Shown here: one piece after another, positions 15,327 through 24,545 of the stretch | Numbering within the stretch: the stretch's first letter is position 1 | How the letters are laid out: every line of letters begins with the position of its first letter | DNA from: a virus | Lineage: Duplodnaviria > Heunggongvirae > Uroviricota > Caudoviricetes | IMG/VR virus record: IMGVR_UViG_3300012943_000030 | Span: 1 to 43,697 of that record | Direction: 5' to 3' (one strand) | DNA length: 43,697 nucleotides | The notes under the pieces: generated by a model | The model's input: the letters and a program-made list of their open reading frames with translations, nothing else | Told to the model about the DNA's origin: nothing | Database searches by the model: none | Program-made: the position numbers and the translations under genes

Positions 15327-15938
15327 ATGAGCATCGAACTGAGACTAGAAGTTATCCGCCTGCAGCGCACCGTTGAGCAGCGCGATCAGAAGATCGCCGA
15401 GCTTGAGGCGATGCTGCAGACTGATCCAATGACGGGCATTCTCAACCGTCTTGGGTTCCTCACCCAGCTCAACTCCATGATCTCCAGCCAAACACGAGCT
15501 GGTGGCAACACCTACGTCGCCTTCATTGACGTCGACGACTTCAAGCTTCTCAACACGAACTACGGTCATGATGGCGGCGACTACGCGCTCATAACCTTGG
15601 CCACCCGTCTCAAGGCCAGCATGCGCCAGCACGACGCCGTGGGTCGCTGGTCTGGAGACGAATTCGTGATAGCCTTCCAGCTCGAAGATGCTGACATTAC
15701 GAACGGCGTAGACAGGGCAATTATGAAGCGCGTCTGCGAGTTCATTGAAGAACCAATCGTCAGCAAGGACAGCCGTGACATGAAGGTGTCCTGCACATTC
15801 GGCATCGTAAAGCACTCTGGAACGGGGCAGGTTAGCCCGGTAGAACTGATCGTGGCTGCCGATGAAACGATGCTGAGAACCAAGCAGACCTGCAAGGGTG
15901 AAATCACAGTTGTTGACTACGTCAGCAAGAGCGCATAA
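15327..15938 (+). CDS. Diguanylate cyclase (GGDEF domain, SGDEF variant)
   Basis: TDPMTGILNR, IDVDDFK.LN..YGHDGGD, RQHD I-site, GRWSGDEF; N-terminal coiled coil. Confidence 0.92.
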   Translation: MSIELRLEVIRLQRTVEQRDQKIAELEAMLQTDPMTGILNRLGFLTQLNSMISSQTRAGGNTYVAFIDVDDFKLLNTNYGHDGGDYALITLATRLKASMRQHDAVGRWSGDEFVIAFQLEDADITNGVDRAIMKRVCEFIEEPIVSKDSRDMKVSCTFGIVKHSGTGQVSPVELIVAADETMLRTKQTCKGEITVVDYVSKSA

Positions 15939-15966
15939 ATACCTGACTGAACAAGCGAGGCCCAAG

Positions 15967-16986
15967 ATGCGCGTCAACGACCTTCTCGAGAATGAAAGCC
16001 GGATCGACCAAGAGCGGCATAAGCTCAAGCAGCTAGAAGCTGAGATTGACGCTGCCACTCAGGCTGGCGAAATCTACAAGCCCAACTATGAGGGCATCAA
16101 AAATCAAGTTGATCGCGGCCTTGAAAGGCTCTCAGAGGTAGAGATCGGCGAAAAGTTCACTCATGGTCAGGGTTCAAAATGGTACGATATTGACGAGGCG
16201 CTTGGCCACCTCGGATACGTGCACTCTGCCCGCGACGTTCTCGCGATGAAGAACAAGCTCGCTCGCGTCAAGACGCAGGCTGGAAAAGACACCCCATTCT
16301 ATAAGGCGCTTGTTACGTTCTACAATGAATGGCGGCCAATTGCTGAGAAGCTCGTTGCTCTCAAGGAAAAGATCGTCACCGCCGCCATGAAGCGCGATGT
16401 CAAGAAAAGGGAAAAGGAAGTGGTCCAGGCGAAGAAGCGCGTCTCCAGCGCCTCGCTGATCAAGGTTCTCGAAGAGCACATGGACGACTACATTGAACGC
16501 GCCAAAGAAATGAAGAAGGAGACCATCGATTACCTGGCTGGAAAGCTCAAGGCCGTCGATTGGGACCTCGACAAGCTATTCGAACAGCCTGACTATCGCA
16601 AGCACGGTCGCCACCAGCACCGCGAGCTTGCCAACAACCGCGGCAACTATCTCCAACTTTTTGATGTTGAGAGCCAGGCCGGTTCATACGACCGCGATCC
16701 AAACAAGCACACGAAGCTCAAGCGTTCTCCAAAGAAGGAGAAGATTGCCATTCAGCAGGCCGCTGAAGGGGCGAAAGCATCATACCTTGAGTGGGTAGAA
16801 AAGATGATTGACAAGATCGGCAAGCCGGTTGTCAAGGCAAAAACGAGCGGCAACCCATGGACTGGATCAATCCTCGAGGTTGAGACTGACGACGGTGAGA
16901 AGCAGATGTGGCATACGAAGATGATCCTCAATTTCTCGAAGTATGGCACGATGTTCAACCAGTTCCCGTCGCTGCGCAAATCCTGA
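15967..16986 (+). CDS. Hypothetical late protein (MRVNDLLE...)
   Basis: ATAAATA at 15935, GAGG RBS; 339 aa. Confidence 0.85.
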   Translation: MRVNDLLENESRIDQERHKLKQLEAEIDAATQAGEIYKPNYEGIKNQVDRGLERLSEVEIGEKFTHGQGSKWYDIDEALGHLGYVHSARDVLAMKNKLARVKTQAGKDTPFYKALVTFYNEWRPIAEKLVALKEKIVTAAMKRDVKKREKEVVQAKKRVSSASLIKVLEEHMDDYIERAKEMKKETIDYLAGKLKAVDWDLDKLFEQPDYRKHGRHQHRELANNRGNYLQLFDVESQAGSYDRDPNKHTKLKRSPKKEKIAIQQAAEGAKASYLEWVEKMIDKIGKPVVKAKTSGNPWTGSILEVETDDGEKQMWHTKMILNFSKYGTMFNQFPSLRKS

Positions 16987-17136
16987 TCGCAGTTTAAGCT
17001 GTCGGTTCCACTATTGTATAATGCAAGCATGCACCTGTCCGTGAGGGCAGGTTCAAGTTTGGTTAAATACTGATGCAGTTCTCAAGGACTGCAAACTTTG
17101 CATTTACCTGTTTGCCAACTTTTACAAGGAACCAAA

Positions 17137-18216
17137 ATGAAGACCTACATCGGTATTTCTCGTGATCACTCCGGATCCATGGCCTCGATCTCTCGAGCCG
17201 CCGCCCGTGATTACAACTCCAACATCTCGTCCATCAAGGACGCATCCCTCGCGAACAACCAGGACACCATCGTTTCAGTAGTCGAGTGCGGCTATGGCGA
17301 TACTGACCGCGTGCGCCGCGACATCGTCAACTCCAACGTCAACACGCTGAAGCCGATCGCTGAGAGCGATTACTCGGCGCGTGGCCGCGGCACCCCGCTT
17401 TTCGACAGCATCGGCGAGCTCATCGAGCTCCATGAAGCGCTGCCGGATATCAACGACGCCGAAGTTTCGGTGCTCATCATGGCCGTGACCGACGGTCAGG
17501 AAACCGGCGCATCGAAGAAGTACAACGCGGCCTCGATCGCTCGCAAGATCAAGGAGCTGCAGGGTACCGACCGTTGGACCTTCGTGTTCCGCGTTCCACG
17601 CGGTGATGCACGTCGTCTCGCGCAGATGGGTATCCCTGAAGGCAACATCCTCGAGTGGGACCAGACCACGCGTGGTGTCGAGGTGGCATCAACCGCCACC
17701 GCATCTGCCTTCCAGTCCTTCTACAAGGGCCGCGCCTCAGGCGTTCGCTCGACGCAGAAGTTCTACGCTGACCTCTCGAACGTTTCCACCAAGGACGTGC
17801 AGACGTCTATGCGCGACATCTCATCCGAGGTTTCGCTGTGGCCGGTATCGGCGAGCGAGGACGGTGCCCAGATCCGCGACTTCGTGGAGAAGCGCCTCAA
17901 CGGTGATCCTCTGCTGAAGGGTGCTGCATTCTATCAGCTCGTCAAGACCGAGCCTGAAGTGCAGGACCACAAGCGCATCATCATCCGCGACAAGAAGTCC
18001 AACGCCATCTACGAGGGCGCAGCCGCCCGCCAGATGATGGGCCTGCCGACCTACGGCACCATCCGCCTGGCACCGGACAAGCTCGGTGACTTTGACCTCT
18101 TCATCCAGTCCACCAGCGTGAACCGCAAGGTGAACAAGAACACGCAGGTGCTCTACTGGAAGAACGTCGGGCAGGCGTACAAGGAAGGCCCTTCAGCACG
18201 CGCCGCCCGTCGCTAA
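17137..18216 (+). CDS. vWA-domain protein with an uncharacterised C-terminal domain
   Basis: MIDAS-like DHSGS, GTPLFDS, AVTDGQE; AAGGA RBS. Confidence 0.8.
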   Translation: MKTYIGISRDHSGSMASISRAAARDYNSNISSIKDASLANNQDTIVSVVECGYGDTDRVRRDIVNSNVNTLKPIAESDYSARGRGTPLFDSIGELIELHEALPDINDAEVSVLIMAVTDGQETGASKKYNAASIARKIKELQGTDRWTFVFRVPRGDARRLAQMGIPEGNILEWDQTTRGVEVASTATASAFQSFYKGRASGVRSTQKFYADLSNVSTKDVQTSMRDISSEVSLWPVSASEDGAQIRDFVEKRLNGDPLLKGAAFYQLVKTEPEVQDHKRIIIRDKKSNAIYEGAAARQMMGLPTYGTIRLAPDKLGDFDLFIQSTSVNRKVNKNTQVLYWKNVGQAYKEGPSARAARR

Positions 18217-18225
18217 GGCACACCC

Positions 18226-18408
18226 ATGCCACGCGTTGACATCGCCGCCCCTGAGGAGTTCAACTCCGAAGAAGATGCTAACGCGTGGCGTGACGCCTAC
18301 TACAACAGCTGGCACCCGCTTGGATATGGAACTGTGATCCATGTCAAGCAGTCTGAAAAGACGGGCAAGTGGGTTGCCGATGGCTATCGCTGGGACAGCT
18401 GCGACTAG
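18226..18408 (+). CDS. Small hypothetical protein
   Basis: 60 aa ORF in an operon. Confidence 0.7.
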   Translation: MPRVDIAAPEEFNSEEDANAWRDAYYNSWHPLGYGTVIHVKQSEKTGKWVADGYRWDSCD

Positions 18409-18417
18409 GAGAGATGA

Positions 18418-18690
18418 ATGCTCTGGACAATTTCTGATCAGATCACCCATGGCACCGAGACTACCATCTGCGCCATGATCACCACAGCAAGAGATGCTGC
18501 TGATGCCGCCGAACAGTTTTCGAAGTGTTTCGGTGGTGCTTCCGCAGTTGACGCCGTGGTTTCTCCAGGCGTTGACCTCAGCAATGAGCATGTCAGCGGG
18601 CTGTTCAATGCAGCTCTGCTCGAGCGCATCGTTGAGACCGATGGTGTAGCCCAAGGCTCACTGCACGCCAAGCTGACCGTCAAGTTCTGA
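18418..18690 (+). CDS. Hypothetical protein
   Basis: GGAGA RBS; 90 aa. Confidence 0.7.
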   Translation: MLWTISDQITHGTETTICAMITTARDAADAAEQFSKCFGGASAVDAVVSPGVDLSNEHVSGLFNAALLERIVETDGVAQGSLHAKLTVKF

Positions 18691-18700
18691 GGAGAACAAC

Positions 18701-18940
18701 ATGCGCAAGAACGGGTTCACGCTGATTGAGTTGATGATCGTCATTGCGATCATCGGCATCCTTGCCGCTATCGTTATTCCTCAGTACAAGAAGTACAGGA
18801 ATGGCGACACGCGTCGACCGCATGTTGAGCACTCTGTGCCTAGGCCAGACTTTCGCACGTGCGAGTTCATCGGCCTTGATCCACGCGACAAGGGCGTGTA
18901 CAAGTGCGCCGACGGCAAGCTCTACACGGACGACAACTAG
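18701..18940 (+). CDS. Minimal type IV pilin-like protein
   Basis: Class III signal MRKNG|[22 protein letters not shown] (G-1, F+1, E+5); two C-terminal Cys; 79 aa. Confidence 0.88.
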   Translation: MRKNGFTLIELMIVIAIIGILAAIVIPQYKKYRNGDTRRPHVEHSVPRPDFRTCEFIGLDPRDKGVYKCADGKLYTDDN

Positions 18941-18989
18941 TTTAGGCGCCGACCAGGCGTGATATAATTTGACCATACGCGGAGGAAGC

Positions 18990-19244
18990 GTGGACCAAGT
19001 AGGCATCGACAAGATCAACTCACTGCTCTCTGAGCGGGTTGTTGTGGTCACGTTCAAGAAAAAGAACGGTGATCTACGCGTCATGAGTTGCACAAAGAAC
19101 CTGGACCATGTTCCGCCTTCGCAGTGGCCTCGTGGCAAGGCGACGCTTTCTGAGGAAACGAAGAAGAAGTCGACCCGAGTTTACGATGTAAAAGCGAAGA
19201 GCTGGCGCTCGTTCATCTTCGACAACGTTATCGAAACAGCTTAA
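18990..19244 (+). CDS. DUF2693/WYL_2-like SH3-fold protein
   Basis: VTFKKKNGDLRVMSCT...YDVKAKSWRSF; GGAGG RBS before a GTG start. Confidence 0.65.
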   Translation: MDQVGIDKINSLLSERVVVVTFKKKNGDLRVMSCTKNLDHVPPSQWPRGKATLSEETKKKSTRVYDVKAKSWRSFIFDNVIETA

Positions 19245-19296
19245 CGCCTCAGCCGCAAGGTGAAGAGGTCCGAACCCTCACTGAGGTTATACTGTC

Positions 19297-19551
19297 ATGA
19301 TGTACATTCTCACTGAAGAAGAAATGCAGGCGCTGAAGAGCGACCAACGATCCATACAGCTTGAGAACAAGAAAAAGCTTCAGGCCCTCTGCACGAAGAT
19401 TGCAAATGAGATGCCTGTGAAGTGGGGTTGGGGTGAAAAACCAGACCCGAAACCATGGGGTTGTGTTCTTAGCACGAGGGAAGAGTGGTACTGCGATAGC
19501 TGCCCTGTTCAAGAAATTTGCCCAAGCAACCGAAAGACGTACAGCCAATGA
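19297..19551 (+). CDS. Hypothetical Cys-rich protein
   Basis: WGC...YCDSCPVQEICP. Confidence 0.7.
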   Translation: MMYILTEEEMQALKSDQRSIQLENKKKLQALCTKIANEMPVKWGWGEKPDPKPWGCVLSTREEWYCDSCPVQEICPSNRKTYSQ

Positions 19552-19817
19552 AGTTTGAAGTCACCGAGGAAGAACAGGCCAAGATCGATAAGTGGCTCGA
19601 CGAGGTCGTCTACCCACCGATCATCGAGGAACAGCTCAAAGATCCTGACAAATGCGCTCAGCTGTTCGCCGACGAGAATGGTAAGATCAAGTACCCGTAC
19701 TTTGGCGCCATTGGCGGTGACCTCACATACAAGTTTACGCCGACCGGGCTTGGTACCATTCTAGTCGTACAGTCCTGTGGCCAAGAACTGAACCTCACGG
19801 ATTACGCTTCCTGGTAG
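19548..19817 (+). CDS. Hypothetical protein
   Basis: ATGA coupling; YTFTPTGLG-type motif. Confidence 0.72.
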   Translation: MKFEVTEEEQAKIDKWLDEVVYPPIIEEQLKDPDKCAQLFADENGKIKYPYFGAIGGDLTYKFTPTGLGTILVVQSCGQELNLTDYASW

Positions 19818-19827
19818 GATCCTGTCT

Positions 19828-19852
19828 TGACGTGGTCCTAAATACCACGTCA
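19828..19852 (+). promoter_or_regulatory. Late-type promoter element in the loop of a 9-bp inverted repeat
   Basis: TGACGTGGT-CCTAAAT-ACCACGTCA. Confidence 0.55.
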
Positions 19853-19866
19853 GTCAGGAGATAGCG

Positions 19867-20565
19867 ATGATCGATCGTCCATTTAAGCTCTTTGAGCACG
19901 TCAAGGACCAGCTCGGAGATGGTGGTCTGTTCCTTGAGATTGGTAGTGACCGTGGAAGCGGTTCAGCTGCCTACCTCAACGACCTTGCGCTGCGGACTGG
20001 AAATTCTTTCGCAACTGTTGACGTGGACCCTGTCTACATCTCCAGCAACATCAGCTCGTATGTAATGCCAGGTGAGCAGTTCATCGCAAGTGTGCTGCCA
20101 GGCTTGAACAAGAAGGTGTCGCTCGTCATGTTTGACGGCTTTGACTGGACCTATGCACCAACGAAGGTGCGCTCTGGCCGAGCTGGAAGTGACGTGTACA
20201 ACTTGATTGACGCGTACGCTGCCCGCGGGCAGCGCCTGAACAACATCGCCAGCGCAATGTCGCACATGCAGCAGGCAGCAGGTCTGCTCCAGCACATGGC
20301 ACCAGTTTGCGCGGTAATGTTCTGTGATACGTGGTTCAATTACCTCACTGACACATTCGTTGGCAAGGGAGCAGGAGCCGCGTACCTGATGCTCGCAAAT
20401 GGTTTCCAAATCATTGGCGCATCTGCAAAGTCGAACTACATTATCCTGGGGCGTGAAGTTGCTAACAACGTCAACATTCCAGACCTTGATGAAGTGGCCC
20501 TAAACGTCGTCTATAACGGCGCACCAAAGCCACCTAACCAGATCATTTTCAAGAACGATCACTAG
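19867..20565 (+). CDS. SAM-dependent methyltransferase-like protein
   Basis: FLEIGSDRGSGS motif I-like, TVDVDP, VMFDGFD. Confidence 0.6.
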   Translation: MIDRPFKLFEHVKDQLGDGGLFLEIGSDRGSGSAAYLNDLALRTGNSFATVDVDPVYISSNISSYVMPGEQFIASVLPGLNKKVSLVMFDGFDWTYAPTKVRSGRAGSDVYNLIDAYAARGQRLNNIASAMSHMQQAAGLLQHMAPVCAVMFCDTWFNYLTDTFVGKGAGAAYLMLANGFQIIGASAKSNYIILGREVANNVNIPDLDEVALNVVYNGAPKPPNQIIFKNDH

Positions 20566-20592
20566 CTGTAAGCTTAGCTGCATAAGAAAAAT

Positions 20593-21564
20593 ATGAAGAT
20601 CCTACGCCTGCCTCCAAATGAGCAGGGCCGTGACTTTGTCTGTGGAGACATCCATGGTTCCTACTCCTGCGTTCAGCGAGCCCTCGCTGAGCTGAACTTT
20701 GACAAGACCAAAGACCGCCTCATCTGCGCCGGCGACATCATTGACCGTGGCCCTGAGAATGAGAAGTGTCTTGAGTTCCTGTTTGAGCCATGGTTCTACT
20801 GCTGCATGGGAAACCATGAGCATATGATGCTGCACTACTTCACTGGTGGACCATACGGCTACTATTGGGGTGGTAACGGTGGAAACTGGGGAACCAAGTA
20901 CAAGATGTGGGCGGTTGCATGGGAAGCCGCTGGCAACATTGACCCGTCCGCGAAGACACCGCTTGGCGAGTGGGTGCGGGCGACGGTGCTGCACAAGGTA
21001 GCCGAGCTTCCATACCTCATCACAGTTGAGAAGAAAGGTGGTGGCATCTTCCACGTGCTGCACGCCGAGCTTCCACCTAGAGTTAGCGTCTGCGACGCGG
21101 ACCTCGCTGATGAGAAAAAGCTTGCTGAGCTGGCAAAGAAGCAAACGAGCGATGGCGATACCATCATTTGGGGCCGCTTCATGTTCTACGCGATGTGTCG
21201 TCAAACCATGGACGAGACACACCTTCGAAAGATCAGGCGCTTTGCAACTCTCGAGAAGCTCGACAAGTACTTTGTCAACCTGTCACATATCTATTCTGGG
21301 CATACAATCGTCAAGCAGCCCGTTCAGTTTTTCGGGCAGACAAACCTTGATACTATGGCCTACGGGAGCTATGGACAATCTGGTGGATACGGCTACGCGT
21401 CGACACCAGGTCCTGAATGGGCTGGCCTAACGATCACTGAGCCAGCCACCGGCAAGTTTTGGCTAGTCAATGACCGCGAGTTCAAGGAAACGAAACCGCT
21501 CGTCATTGATGCGCTACCACCCGGCAATTACACAAAGATCGAACTGTCAGAAGAAACCGACTAG
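20593..21564 (+). CDS. Ser/Thr protein phosphatase (PPP-family metallophosphoesterase)
   Basis: GDIHG, GDIIDRG, GNHE motifs. Confidence 0.92.
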   Translation: MKILRLPPNEQGRDFVCGDIHGSYSCVQRALAELNFDKTKDRLICAGDIIDRGPENEKCLEFLFEPWFYCCMGNHEHMMLHYFTGGPYGYYWGGNGGNWGTKYKMWAVAWEAAGNIDPSAKTPLGEWVRATVLHKVAELPYLITVEKKGGGIFHVLHAELPPRVSVCDADLADEKKLAELAKKQTSDGDTIIWGRFMFYAMCRQTMDETHLRKIRRFATLEKLDKYFVNLSHIYSGHTIVKQPVQFFGQTNLDTMAYGSYGQSGGYGYASTPGPEWAGLTITEPATGKFWLVNDREFKETKPLVIDALPPGNYTKIELSEETD

Positions 21565-21573
21565 GAGAGATAA

Positions 21574-21804
21574 GTGTCGAGAAACTCGAAGAACGCCCGC
21601 CTCGTGATGCAGCGCAAGTCATTTGCTCGCGCGAAGAATGGTCCAACTGGACCAGTATCGACAGGTAACCGTGGCCCGGCAGCAACAACGCCGAAGCACA
21701 CCAAGAAAAAGGCGTGGTTCCAGCTGTTCGACAGCCATGGCGACTTCATGAAGTCTCAGCAGAAGGGCGGCAAGAAAAGAGCCGCCAAGTCTGACGAAGA
21801 GTAA
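21574..21804 (+). CDS. Small basic hypothetical protein
   Basis: GGAGA RBS, GTG start. Confidence 0.6.
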   Translation: MSRNSKNARLVMQRKSFARAKNGPTGPVSTGNRGPAATTPKHTKKKAWFQLFDSHGDFMKSQQKGGKKRAAKSDEE

Positions 21805-21971
21805 TGTCAAGCGTTTTTGACATGCAAGAGCATGAGCTCAACCTCCTGAAGGGGAGAGTTGAGGAGCTCGAGGCTAAGGTCAAAACTCTGACCGTGACTA
21901 GAGAAGAGTTTGAACAGTTGAAAGCGTACGCTAAGGCAATAGCGTCAGGATATCGCACCCGGCTCAAGTAG
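21804..21971 (+). CDS. Small coiled-coil hypothetical protein (55 aa, below cutoff)
   Basis: TAATG coupling; MSSVFDMQEHELNLLKGRVEELEAKVK... Confidence 0.6.
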   Translation: MSSVFDMQEHELNLLKGRVEELEAKVKTLTVTREEFEQLKAYAKAIASGYRTRLK

Positions 21972-22015
21972 CCATTTCACTAAATAGTTGGGAGACACTC
22001 CCAACCGGAGATAAG

Positions 22016-22912
22016 ATGCGAGCAGACCTCAATAAGCTGCTCTGCGAGCATGAGCGTCATGGCCACTCCCGGTCATACAAGGACGTTCGGCATAACAAGA
22101 AGTTCGACACGCCTGACGCAGACGGTGAACTTCCAAGCAGAGAGAGCATGGTACACCGCCATGCGCGTGCACAAGACACGAAGTCATTCAGCGACAACCT
22201 CAACCCTCTTTGGGGGTTGATACGTAAAGCTGTTGGCCGTCGCTGGGACACATTCTACAGTGAGCTGTCCAAGGCATACGATCGCCGTTCCACCGTCAAC
22301 AACCACATCTTCGAGCACCTCGTGCAGGGCATTGAGCTCGACGCATTCATCCGCGATGGTCAGGTGTGGATCAAGAACACCTACGCTGGCGATCTGCCAC
22401 TTCGTCAATCGAGCTCAACTGAGTTCTACGTTGACCCTCGCGACGGCATCATCAAGAAGAACAAATTCTACAAGCGCTATTCACAGCAGCGCCGCGAGCA
22501 GAAGGCGCGTGAAGTCCGCGAGGAGGCCAAGGTCACCTGCTGGATCGACGATGACAACGTTCTTCGTAAGATCGGCGACGTCTGGTTTCACTTCACCCTA
22601 GAGGACGTGCCACAGGGCGAGGTCATCTACACCAAGCCTGACTGCAAGGAGCTCTTTGACACTGGCTTCGGCCAGCGCCCAAATCAGATGCGCCCATGGG
22701 ACATGCTGACCGATTATCAGCAGCGCCGTCACGGAGTGCGCAGCTTCAAGGGTCAGACAGTCGTTGACGTTTTCTCTGGCCACTCGCTAATGTTTGACCG
22801 TCGCACCAACCGCGTCGTCTCATCAAGGGACAACTGGCACAACCCTAAGCGCTACCATGCCACCAAGCGCACCGCCTCCCACAAGCAGCTCAAGCAGGCT
22901 GGAGTGATCTGA
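22016..22912 (+). CDS. Hypothetical basic protein
   Basis: CTAAATA at 21980, GGAG RBS; 298 aa. Confidence 0.85.
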   Translation: MRADLNKLLCEHERHGHSRSYKDVRHNKKFDTPDADGELPSRESMVHRHARAQDTKSFSDNLNPLWGLIRKAVGRRWDTFYSELSKAYDRRSTVNNHIFEHLVQGIELDAFIRDGQVWIKNTYAGDLPLRQSSSTEFYVDPRDGIIKKNKFYKRYSQQRREQKAREVREEAKVTCWIDDDNVLRKIGDVWFHFTLEDVPQGEVIYTKPDCKELFDTGFGQRPNQMRPWDMLTDYQQRRHGVRSFKGQTVVDVFSGHSLMFDRRTNRVVSSRDNWHNPKRYHATKRTASHKQLKQAGVI

Positions 22913-23157
22913 TGCCAGGAGTTGGCCGCGTAGGCGACAAGGACGATGATCCAGATACCAAGATTAAGGGCAGCCCTGACGTCTTCGTGAATGGCAAGGC
23001 CGTGCTAAGGGTCGGCGACAAGGACGACGATAAGGACGTTGCCATAAGGGGCAGCTCCACTGTATTTGTGAATGGGAAGCCGATCGTTAGGATTGGCGAC
23101 AAGGACGACGATGGCGACCCTCTGCTGAAGGGAAGCTCCGACGTAATCGCTGGATAA
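22912..23157 (+). CDS. PAAR-like spike-tip protein
   Basis: Three repeats R(V/I)GDKDDD...GS..VFVNGK; 81 aa. Confidence 0.75.
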   Translation: MPGVGRVGDKDDDPDTKIKGSPDVFVNGKAVLRVGDKDDDKDVAIRGSSTVFVNGKPIVRIGDKDDDGDPLLKGSSDVIAG

Positions 23158-23167
23158 GGAATACAAA

Positions 23168-23689
23168 ATGAAGATCATCTTTCTAGACATCGACGGGGTG
23201 TTGAACTCCGAGCGCTCATTCATTGGCGGCGGACACCGCTCGAAGGATCCTCAGTACGAGGGCATGTCGTACCAGGAAAAGTTCGCGCGCTGCACAATCG
23301 ACCAAGTAGCATGCGATCTCGTCAATCGCCTGCTCACTGAGTTTGACGCGCAGATCGTCATCTCATCCTCTCACCGCCATCACTTCAAGGAAGGTCCTGA
23401 CAAGGTGAAGGAGCTGCAGGAGTACATGACGTCCTTGGGTATCAAGGGTGAGCGCGTTATTGGCTACACGCCAGAGCTGCGCGGTCCTCGCGGCCTTGAG
23501 ATCCATACGTGGCTCGATCATCATCCAGAGGTTGAAACCTACATCATCCTCGATGACAGCGTTGACATGCTTGAAGAGCAGCAGCCGTTCTTCATCAATA
23601 CCGACAGTGCTGTCGGTGTATCCGCTCAAGACTACCGCCGGGCCACCAAGCTCTTCGGAAAGGAAGACACCAGGCTGGTTCTTCTGTAG
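23168..23689 (+). CDS. HAD-family phosphatase (RNA-repair 'Swiss army knife' HAD-like)
   Basis: FLDIDGVLN, VISSSHR, RGLEI..WL, YIILDD. Confidence 0.82.
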   Translation: MKIIFLDIDGVLNSERSFIGGGHRSKDPQYEGMSYQEKFARCTIDQVACDLVNRLLTEFDAQIVISSSHRHHFKEGPDKVKELQEYMTSLGIKGERVIGYTPELRGPRGLEIHTWLDHHPEVETYIILDDSVDMLEEQQPFFINTDSAVGVSAQDYRRATKLFGKEDTRLVLL

Positions 23690-23718
23690 TTTACTTTCTC
23701 ACAGGTTCATTGTAAAAT
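23690..23718 (+). promoter_or_regulatory. Sigma70-like promoter of the operon containing suppressor tRNA 1
   Basis: TTTACT-N17-TAAAAT with an extended TG. Confidence 0.65.
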
Positions 23719-23751
23719 GCTTCCTCAGGTGCAGGCTGGGAGTACAAGACA

Positions 23752-24312
23752 GTGATAAAGCTGCCGCGAACAAATACCAAGACGTTCAAGGTTCTCAAGT
23801 TCATCGGCTCAAACCCAGTCGGCGTTCGTCCGATTGATGTTGAGAAGTTTATCGTAGAACTTTCCGGTGATGAGTGGAACTCAATCAAGAGGTGCGGTGC
23901 TTGGCGCCTCAGCCTCTACGGCTACTCAGACAAGCAGGGCATCTACAAGACCTACTGCACCAAGGTCAATGACCGCTGGTTCCTCAAGCATGAGACAATG
24001 GTCGCAATGCAGACAATCATCAACGATGATAAGCTGTATGCCCGAGCGTCAACGACAACCATCAGTGATTTTGACGCGGCTCGAGTTCGCGACCTCTCAG
24101 TTTCAAACGCTGAGCAGCTGCCCAACCTTCCAGCCCGCCCAAACATTCCACTAGCTGTCGTCAAGGCCATCGAGGAGATGCACGCCGCGAAGGCGGTGCT
24201 TGCCAACCTCGACACACAGATGTCAGCCCTCAAGCTCAAGTGCTCTCAAGCGCGTACGGTTCTCGATGACAAGAAGGCAGTCGTTCTGAAGGCCTTGGGG
24301 ATAGATCTATGA
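23752..24312 (+). CDS. Hypothetical protein
   Basis: GGGAG RBS, GTG start; 186 aa. Confidence 0.78.
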   Translation: MIKLPRTNTKTFKVLKFIGSNPVGVRPIDVEKFIVELSGDEWNSIKRCGAWRLSLYGYSDKQGIYKTYCTKVNDRWFLKHETMVAMQTIINDDKLYARASTTTISDFDAARVRDLSVSNAEQLPNLPARPNIPLAVVKAIEEMHAAKAVLANLDTQMSALKLKCSQARTVLDDKKAVVLKALGIDL

Positions 24313-24545
24313 AAACCGGCTTCTTCACGATGGAAGATGCGCGCACCGTCGCCGGCATGAAAGATCTGAACCTCGCCAAGCAGTACGCCCTCGATCGCAT
24401 CAAGAACCAGCCTGCTGCCCTGCCGCACAACGTCGCGAAGGCCACTCAGGTGGTTGAAGGCGCGACATCACTACAGAAGCTGGTGCTGTCAATCGGATCG
24501 TTCGTGATGGCCCACCCATCTGAAGGTCTCAAGGTGCTGCGATGA
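24309..24545 (+). CDS. Hypothetical protein
   Basis: ATGA coupling; 78 aa. Confidence 0.75.
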   Translation: MKTGFFTMEDARTVAGMKDLNLAKQYALDRIKNQPAALPHNVAKATQVVEGATSLQKLVLSIGSFVMAHPSEGLKVLR

